Below are positions 8,127-13,591 of a DNA stretch of 64,000 bases, piece after piece. The DNA is taken from NCBI GenBank assembly GCA_045634545.1, contig JAZRAL010000023.1, positions 1,161-65,160 of the forward strand. Reading direction: 5' to 3'. The position numbers and the translations under genes were made by a program. The stretch is from Alphaproteobacteria bacterium. GTDB lineage: Bacteria > Pseudomonadota > Alphaproteobacteria > RF32 > CAG-239. The notes beneath the pieces are model-generated. The model was given only the letters and a program-made list of their open reading frames with translations, did no database searches and was not told the origin of the DNA. Within the stretch, counting starts at the first letter, position 1, and each line of letters begins with the position of its first letter.

Positions 8127-8687
8127 ATGAGTAAAAACTTAAAATTAAAAAATGACGAAGTTAATCCTGTTGTGTTATTTATGTACAATGCGATTTTAGA
8201 TTTTTGGTTTAGGCTTGTTGAAAAATGTTACTGTTATCCGGTTGTTTATACTGATGGTTTTATTAGCAGATTAATTAAAGATAGCAAGGAGCGTGTTCCT
8301 TTTGGAATTGTTGTTAATGGTGAAATCATTATTCTTGAAGAGCCTGATAGTAAACTTACAGCCCAACAAGCAGAAGACTATGTTGAAAAGCGCTTTTTTG
8401 CAGGAAAAGATGCAACTCTTCCCTCTTTTGGCACTTTGAGTGTTATTAAAAAGAACATTCACAAAATTAATAAGCTAATGAAAGAATTGGGTGGAAAAGA
8501 GTTTAAAGGTGGATGGTATCGTAGTTCAAGTAAGCTTGAGCGTGGTTATTCGCTAAAAAAGCCTAGTCCGAATTTGCTCGTTGGCAAAAATATTCTAATG
8601 CTCCATATGAATAGTGATTATGGAATGCACGTTCCTTTTTGTGAAGATGATGATTTAACGTTTATCAGAGCTTCGTTTGTTTTATGA
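8127..8687 (+). CDS. hypothetical protein, paralog B (DUF1566-like C-terminal pattern)
   Basis: Tandem paralog of 7447..8013. 'ATLPSFGTLSVIKKNIHKINKLMKELGGKEFKGGWYRSSSK...TFIRASF' resembles the W.LP..eL...gG...yWSS...vRcV layout. Confidence 0.6.
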   Translation: MSKNLKLKNDEVNPVVLFMYNAILDFWFRLVEKCYCYPVVYTDGFISRLIKDSKERVPFGIVVNGEIIILEEPDSKLTAQQAEDYVEKRFFAGKDATLPSFGTLSVIKKNIHKINKLMKELGGKEFKGGWYRSSSKLERGYSLKKPSPNLLVGKNILMLHMNSDYGMHVPFCEDDDLTFIRASFVL

Positions 8688-8696
8688 GTTTTGGTA

Positions 8697-8746
8697 TAAA
8701 AAAAAGCCCCCAACTTATAGCATAAACTATAAATTGGGGGGATTTT
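8697..8746. terminator. bidirectional terminator between convergent genes
   Basis: Long hairpin CCCCCAA(C)TTATAG ... CTATAA(A)TTGGGGG with flanking A and T runs. Confidence 0.7.
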
Positions 8747-8973
8747 TAATATTTTAATTTATATTCTTTAAGACATGTTGCCATATCAAGCGGAGTTTTT
8801 ATGGTATCAATGCAGGTTATTGGTGGTTTTATGGGTTCTTTATAAATATATTCAGTATGCTTGCAAGCGTTTAATGACATTAGTATTACTAATATCCCTA
8901 TTCCAATCAAAGGTATCTTTTGAAGCTTCTTCATAGAGTTGTTTTTTTTGCTTTTCAAGTATGATTTTTTCAT
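8746..8973 (-). CDS. putative o-spanin (Rz1-like outer-membrane lipoprotein), overlapped architecture
   Basis: '...MKKLQKIPLIGIGILVILMSLNAC' is a signal peptide plus lipobox Cys. The mature part is about 39 aa, Pro-containing, with 2 more Cys. It starts inside the i-spanin gene in another frame and ends beyond it. An alternative start is at 8934. Confidence 0.55.
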   Translation of the reverse strand: MKKSYLKSKKNNSMKKLQKIPLIGIGILVILMSLNACKHTEYIYKEPIKPPITCIDTIKTPLDMATCLKEYKLKY

Positions 8974-9124
8974 TATATATATCCTTTATTTTTTGTGATA
9001 GATAGTTCAAGTTTTGTTGCTGAGATTTTGTTTGCTGATTTAAGGTGTTAATTTGTTTTTTTTGAATATAACAAATTAAGACTATGCCTAATAGCAATAG
9101 TAATAAAAATGTATTTAATTTCAT
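8852..9124 (-). CDS. putative i-spanin (Rz-like)
   Basis: N-terminal TM (LLLLLLGIVLICYI), a Q/K-rich coiled coil, and a C-terminal 'FDWNRDISNTNVIKRL' like the Rz 'W....P..V..L' end. An AAGGAA SD precedes the start. Confidence 0.55.
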   Translation of the reverse strand: MKLNTFLLLLLLGIVLICYIQKKQINTLNQQTKSQQQNLNYLSQKIKDIYNEKIILEKQKKQLYEEASKDTFDWNRDISNTNVIKRLQAY

Positions 9125-9152
9125 TTTTGTTCCTTTAAAATTGTGAAGAGCC

Positions 9153-9467
9153 CTATTCGGGCTCTTTGTTTTTGAGATTGAAAATAAATTTTAGTGGGTC
9201 TTTTTGTGCGGTTTTTAATATTTCATCAAATATCATATATAAACGCACAGCAAATAACCCACAAACTCCAGATATTCCATATTTTACAGGTTGAGGTATA
9301 TCTATATATTCAGCTAAAAGGCCGGCCAACATACTAACAATAAAAGTTATTAATATGTCTCTTATACTCTGTTTTATAGATATAAAAGGTTTGATTAAAA
9401 TGGTTATCAAACCTATAAATATTCCCCAAAGACTATAATCTGATATTATGTTTTTTATTTTATCCAT
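9153..9467 (-). CDS. putative class I (3-TM) phage holin
   Basis: 104 aa, three hydrophobic helices and a charged C-terminal tail (KDPLKFIFNLKNKEPE). SD AGGAGC; its start is 9 nt after the fibre-gene stop. Confidence 0.55.
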   Translation of the reverse strand: MDKIKNIISDYSLWGIFIGLITILIKPFISIKQSIRDILITFIVSMLAGLLAEYIDIPQPVKYGISGVCGLFAVRLYMIFDEILKTAQKDPLKFIFNLKNKEPE

Positions 9468-9475
9468 TTTAGCTC

Positions 9476-10348
9476 CTAACACAATATTACTATTGGAATT
9501 TCTATTGTTGATACAGACGGTATTTGTTTTAAATATAAACGAACAAACCCATCAAAGCTTTCAGATGTTGGTGCAATATTTCCAGAAGTTGCATCATTTA
9601 AATTTAATATAACTGATGGAGAATGTGTTGATTTGGCCTCGAGTATTGGTATGTCTAATGAATATGGATAATCAGAATAGCTATTATCTTCTTTTATTAA
9701 AGATGTTTCAAGCAAGATTGGGCCAAATTTTTGACAAGTTATATCATCTATTTTCTCCTTAGTGTAATAATTATTATCAAGATAATTTGCCACTCCTTTT
9801 GAGGTTATTAATTGATTGTTTGTAATAGAAACGGTATCAGTTGTTAGATTTAATAGTTCCTCATAAATAGAGGTTATGGTTTTTGCAAGTGTTGGAACTT
9901 TTTTGATTATGTCATAGTCTTTTTCTAATTCTAAAATAAGTTCACGTATTTGTTCTGGTGATACGTTTGAATTATGAGTGATTTTTATGGCTCTTTCAGA
10001 AATTTCTTTTAGCATTTGTAAAGACATTACGATTTTATCTAAAGAATTTTCATAATCAATTGCTGGAAATTTTTCACCCTCTATAAAAGTTGTTAGTTGA
10101 TTTAATGGTACATTTCTTACAATTGTGATAATTGTTTGGGATTTTGGAGGTATTGTGAATACAACTTCTTTTCCCGTTGTTTCTGATTTATTAGATATTG
10201 TATAGTCGATATTTTCTGTTAAAGGTATATCGCTATTATTTAAGTATACAGCTATATCTTCGTTAAAAAAGTAAAATGGAACAACAAATGATGAAGCTAT
10301 TCCATCGGCAATATATACAACTTTTGAAGTTTCTTTTTGTATAGTCAT
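9476..10348 (-). CDS. phage tail-fibre-like protein (T7 gp17 N-terminal domain type)
   Basis: 'VVYIADGIASSFVVPFYFFNEDIAVYL...IDYTIS...TIITIVRNVPLNQLTTFIEGEKFPAIDYENSLDKIVMSLQMLKE' parallels T7 gp17 'LTYQLDGSNRDFNIPFEYLARKFVVVTL...TDYRF...[41 protein letters not shown]'. Start at MTIQKE (10348) with a GGAGAA SD. Confidence 0.6.
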   Translation of the reverse strand: MTIQKETSKVVYIADGIASSFVVPFYFFNEDIAVYLNNSDIPLTENIDYTISNKSETTGKEVVFTIPPKSQTIITIVRNVPLNQLTTFIEGEKFPAIDYENSLDKIVMSLQMLKEISERAIKITHNSNVSPEQIRELILELEKDYDIIKKVPTLAKTITSIYEELLNLTTDTVSITNNQLITSKGVANYLDNNYYTKEKIDDITCQKFGPILLETSLIKEDNSYSDYPYSLDIPILEAKSTHSPSVILNLNDATSGNIAPTSESFDGFVRLYLKQIPSVSTIEIPIVILC

Positions 10349-10370
10349 TGTTTTCTCCTTATAATAAATA

Positions 10371-10397
10371 CAAAAAAACCGCAAAAAATGCGGTTTC
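10371..10397 (-). terminator. intrinsic terminator 2 in the leader of the fibre/lysis genes
   Basis: On the minus strand, AAACCGCA ttttt TGCGGTTT followed by T7. Confidence 0.65.
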
Positions 10398-10418
10398 TTA
10401 AATGTTAAAAAATTAATA

Positions 10419-10447
10419 TAAAAAAAGACTGGAAACCCAGTCTTTTG
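10419..10447 (-). terminator. intrinsic terminator 1 downstream of the 747-aa gene, in the leader of the fibre/lysis genes
   Basis: On the minus strand, AGACTGG gttt CCAGTCT followed by T7. Confidence 0.65.
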
Positions 10448-10475
10448 AATATGCAATAATGCTATTCTATTATTT

Positions 10476-10504
10476 TTTATATAAAAATATGTCACAAAAG
10501 TCAA
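10476..10504 (-). promoter_or_regulatory. putative sigma70 promoter upstream of two tandem terminators
   Basis: On the minus strand, TTGACT (10504-10499), 17-nt spacer, TATAAA (10481-10476). Confidence 0.45.
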
Positions 10505-10524
10505 TAGTTTTGGCTGTTTCTATT

Positions 10525-12768
10525 TTATCTTGTGTTATCTTTTTTGATTTTTTGAGGCGGATTATTGTAACTATCAACAAAAGCTTTACGAGTTTTGTAT
10601 GATAAGACAATTCCATTATGGCTTAATTTATTTTCTTTACCATTTATTTCCCAGATAGTATTATCTGAAAAAGTTATTATTGTTTTATTGTTTTTTGTTT
10701 CAAAATTTATTACAATAGTTTTATTTTCTGCAACATTTAGGTCATCACTTTTTAGTTTACATGAATTGTCAGTCTTTATTAAATGTGCTTCTGATGTTTT
10801 TATTATCTCGTTTGGTGATACATTAATTCTTCTACCATTTTCTATGTAAGAGATGATATTAAATTCTTTATCCAATATTATTTTAGAGTTTGGAGTTACA
10901 AAATAGTTTTTATCGCTTCCATCCATAAAGAGCTTTGCATTATCTGAAAAAGTTAATTTAGATTTTTTGAAATTGATAACTATGCCATGAGGTAATTTAA
11001 TAGAATTTATTTTTGTTCCTTCTAAGCTTATGCTCATATTGTTTGGATATTCTTCTGTATATTTTCCTATTGGAGAATATGCTTTTTTTTCGGTTTTTGT
11101 ATTTCCATTTGGTTCTATGATATTAATTATTTTCTTTTCTTCAAAATCAATTTCTACTATTTTGCCATCTTTGTGTTTAGCTAAAAATGTACCTTTATCT
11201 GTTCTTACAATTTGGGGTTTTAAGCTTTCTATTCTATCATTTAATTCTATTGCATCATCAACCATTTGAGGTAGTATATCTAACATTTGAGACGCTAGAT
11301 TATCACTTAAATAGTTATGACTTAATTCATTTCTTAAATATTTATATTGTTCCCAACGTTCGTTTTCTTTTTGGGTAATTATTTTTTGTTTAACAAGTTT
11401 ATTCCAACCTTGAGTTGGGGGACATTTTTCTCCAGAAAATAAATAATATTCTCCTATTTTATGCTCTAATATTTGAAATGTTTCTATGTATTTTTTTCGT
11501 TCCATATATAAAACTATGCGTTTTATGAAATCATTAATGTTTTCGCTTTGTATATTGTCAATTACTTCAACATTATCAAATAATTTATTTATAGAATTTA
11601 GCAGTGCGTTTTTCTTTTTTTCTCGATTTGGATATGATGTTTCTATGTAGATAGTAGTATCTTTGTTTTGTTTTCTGAATTCTTTAATTCTTTGAATAAA
11701 TTTATTATTACTTTCGTTAGAGCCTCTTATCAATAAAGTTGGATAGATGCCAGAAACTAAATCTTTAAAATTATCTGCTGTTTTTACGTATTTTGAAATA
11801 CGTTCTACAAAAGTGCCACTACATAAGCGTTGATATGATTCAAGATATCTGTTTCGTATTGATTTATTTTGATCATCTTGACCATTTATAAAGCGTCCAT
11901 ATCCATCTAAAGTTTCAAATTGGTGATGTAATAAATGTCTTATATTAAGAAAATCTTGTAACTGATGTGCACTTGGGATTAAATCTTGGCTTTCAGCTTT
12001 ACTTAAGTAGTTTGTTGGATGTTTTTTTATTAATAATGCTTTTAAGATATTATCTGTTTCTTCTGCTAAATTAGAAAGAGTTGATAATAACACATTTTCA
12101 TAAGGAGACATTATCTCCATTGTTAAACCTTCTGCGTTTGCTTGTTCAAATTTTGCTTTTTCTATATATCTGATATCTTCGTTAAAATATGCAGATATAC
12201 TTAAGATGCTTGATATATTTTTTATAAATTTTTCATCTTCAAAGGCATCTTGAATTGTAATATCGCTAAATGTAGAACCTATATATTTTAGTGAATATTT
12301 TCCATCAATGACAAACGTTATATCTTTTAGTTTCTTGTCTTTTTTATATGCAATTACATAACGTTCAATATTATGAGGAAGCGCATTTATGTGAGCATAT
12401 ACTCCATAATTAGCTGGAGTTGATTGCATAGGAGGGTATTTATTATTTTCAGGAAGAGTATTTGTTATACTTACAAATGATAAGTTTTCTGCATTATCAT
12501 CTAAATCTTTGCTTGCTATAAAATTTTCAAAATTATTTATTTCATTAATATTTGTAGTACCTAATTCCCAAGGCATAGCTCCATCTTGTGGGTCTTTAAT
12601 CATTTCTAGATGTCTACTTGCTAGGTATTTTGAAGAGTTCATTTGAGTTATTTGCTCAAAATTTCTAGATAAAAATATATAATCTCGGTATATGGCAAAC
12701 AACTGAGCTTTTTGTTTTGCACTTAGAGATGATGCATAAATAGATGCTATATTTGTATTTTTTTTCAT
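10525..12768 (-). CDS. 747-aa protein with two HEPN-type Rx4H motifs (tandem HI0074/NTase_sub_bind-like HEPN domains), unassigned N- and C-terminal regions
   Basis: R277HLLHH282 (nt 11923-11940) and R479NELSH484 (nt 11317-11334). The second lies in 'YIETFQILEHKIGEYYLFSGE...RWEQYKYLRNELSHNYLSDNLA', which follows the HI0074-type HEPN consensus layout. AAAGGA SD and its own promoter. Confidence 0.5.
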   Translation of the reverse strand: MKKNTNIASIYASSLSAKQKAQLFAIYRDYIFLSRNFEQITQMNSSKYLASRHLEMIKDPQDGAMPWELGTTNINEINNFENFIASKDLDDNAENLSFVSITNTLPENNKYPPMQSTPANYGVYAHINALPHNIERYVIAYKKDKKLKDITFVIDGKYSLKYIGSTFSDITIQDAFEDEKFIKNISSILSISAYFNEDIRYIEKAKFEQANAEGLTMEIMSPYENVLLSTLSNLAEETDNILKALLIKKHPTNYLSKAESQDLIPSAHQLQDFLNIRHLLHHQFETLDGYGRFINGQDDQNKSIRNRYLESYQRLCSGTFVERISKYVKTADNFKDLVSGIYPTLLIRGSNESNNKFIQRIKEFRKQNKDTTIYIETSYPNREKKKNALLNSINKLFDNVEVIDNIQSENINDFIKRIVLYMERKKYIETFQILEHKIGEYYLFSGEKCPPTQGWNKLVKQKIITQKENERWEQYKYLRNELSHNYLSDNLASQMLDILPQMVDDAIELNDRIESLKPQIVRTDKGTFLAKHKDGKIVEIDFEEKKIINIIEPNGNTKTEKKAYSPIGKYTEEYPNNMSISLEGTKINSIKLPHGIVINFKKSKLTFSDNAKLFMDGSDKNYFVTPNSKIILDKEFNIISYIENGRRINVSPNEIIKTSEAHLIKTDNSCKLKSDDLNVAENKTIVINFETKNNKTIITFSDNTIWEINGKENKLSHNGIVLSYKTRKAFVDSYNNPPQKIKKDNTR

Positions 12769-12795
12769 ATTTATTCCTTTTTTTTATGAACGTTT

Positions 12796-12824
12796 ATAAT
12801 ATGTTACTATATATCTTTTGTCAA
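12796..12824 (-). promoter_or_regulatory. putative sigma70 promoter of the 747-aa gene
   Basis: On the minus strand, TTGACA (12824-12819), 17-nt spacer, TATTAT (12801-12796). Confidence 0.45.
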
Positions 12825-12935
12825 TATTTTTGTTTAATTGTTTTTTGGTTTGAATGTGAAAAAATTAAAAAAATCTTTACGTTTTGTAACTATTATGATA
12901 GTATATTCTTAGTTTTAACTTAAGGTGTGATTAAT

Positions 12936-13511
12936 ATGTTTAAGTTTTTGGTTTGTTTTTTGGTTTTTATTTATTCTTATAATGCTAGAGCATTTGATGA
13001 TATTTATGCTTTAATTAATGCAGAAAATACTAGCGTATTTACTGAAAGACTTGCAGCAGGGTTTGATATTGATGATCAAGATTTAGAAGGAAATACTCCT
13101 TTAATGACTGCAGCTGCTCTTAATAAACCCAAGTTTGTTGCTTATTTATTGGAAATGGGGGCAAAAGTTGATTTAAGAAATTACTCTGGAATGTCTGCTC
13201 TACATAAGGCAGCTCTTGCTGGTAACAATGAGATTATTGATATATTAATAGATCATGGTGCAGAGGTCAATTTACCTGATTTAGATGGTTTTACCCCTTT
13301 GATGCTTGCTACAAGTACGGAAAAACGTTTTACTGTTGAATTATTGGTTCGCCGAGGGGCTTTAATTTCTTTTAAAAATAGTAAAGGTTTGAGTGCTATC
13401 GATATAGCTAGAAAAAAACGTTATGCTAAAATTCTTATTTTCTTAGAAAAAGAAGTGAAAAAAGTAAGAAAAGAGGAAAAAAAGCCTAATTATAGTTGGG
13501 ATATTGATTAA
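12936..13511 (+). CDS. secreted ankyrin-repeat protein
   Basis: Signal peptide MFKFLVCFLVFIYSYNARA. Three or four ANK repeats ('GNTPLMTAAALNKPKFVAYLLEMGAKVD', 'GMSALHKAALAGNNEIIDILIDHGAEVN', 'GFTPLMLA'). Confidence 0.85.
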   Translation: MFKFLVCFLVFIYSYNARAFDDIYALINAENTSVFTERLAAGFDIDDQDLEGNTPLMTAAALNKPKFVAYLLEMGAKVDLRNYSGMSALHKAALAGNNEIIDILIDHGAEVNLPDLDGFTPLMLATSTEKRFTVELLVRRGALISFKNSKGLSAIDIARKKRYAKILIFLEKEVKKVRKEEKKPNYSWDID

Positions 13512-13591
13512 TTTATTTTTTGCTATTGCGCTTTAGTTTTATGCATCCTATATAAATATTAATGTTTATTTGTAATAGGAGATTGTTTGAA

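Larger units (their letters stand above)
7380..12830. mobile_element. probable phage-derived island / degraded prophage remnant adjacent to tRNA-Met (no integrase, no virion genes; boundaries approximate)
   Basis: Contains a holin, overlapped spanins and a T7-type tail-fibre N-domain gene, flanked by tRNA-Met and housekeeping genes. No att repeats found by eye. Confidence 0.35.

Noticed and set aside
10349-10504. N-terminal 52-aa extension of the fibre-like ORF as drawn in the track (9476..10504).
   Set aside because: The extension reads through a promoter and two intrinsic terminators. A good SD plus ATG is at 10348, and the phage-fibre homology starts right after it.
12253-12279. 'GSTFSDITI' in the N-terminal region of the 747-aa protein, considered as a minimal nucleotidyltransferase (MNT) motif that would make it a fused MNT-HEPN.
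   Set aside because: The Gly-Ser to Asp spacing is far shorter than the hG[GS]x9-13Dh[DE]h pol-beta NTase signature, and there is no second acidic residue in register.
10525-12768. Possibility that the dual-HEPN protein is a compact Cas13-like CRISPR effector.
   Set aside because: I found no direct-repeat/spacer array anywhere in the window. The only tandem repeats are in-frame coding repeats. There are no cas1/cas2 genes. The HEPN pattern looks like the HI0074/NTase_sub_bind class rather than Cas13.
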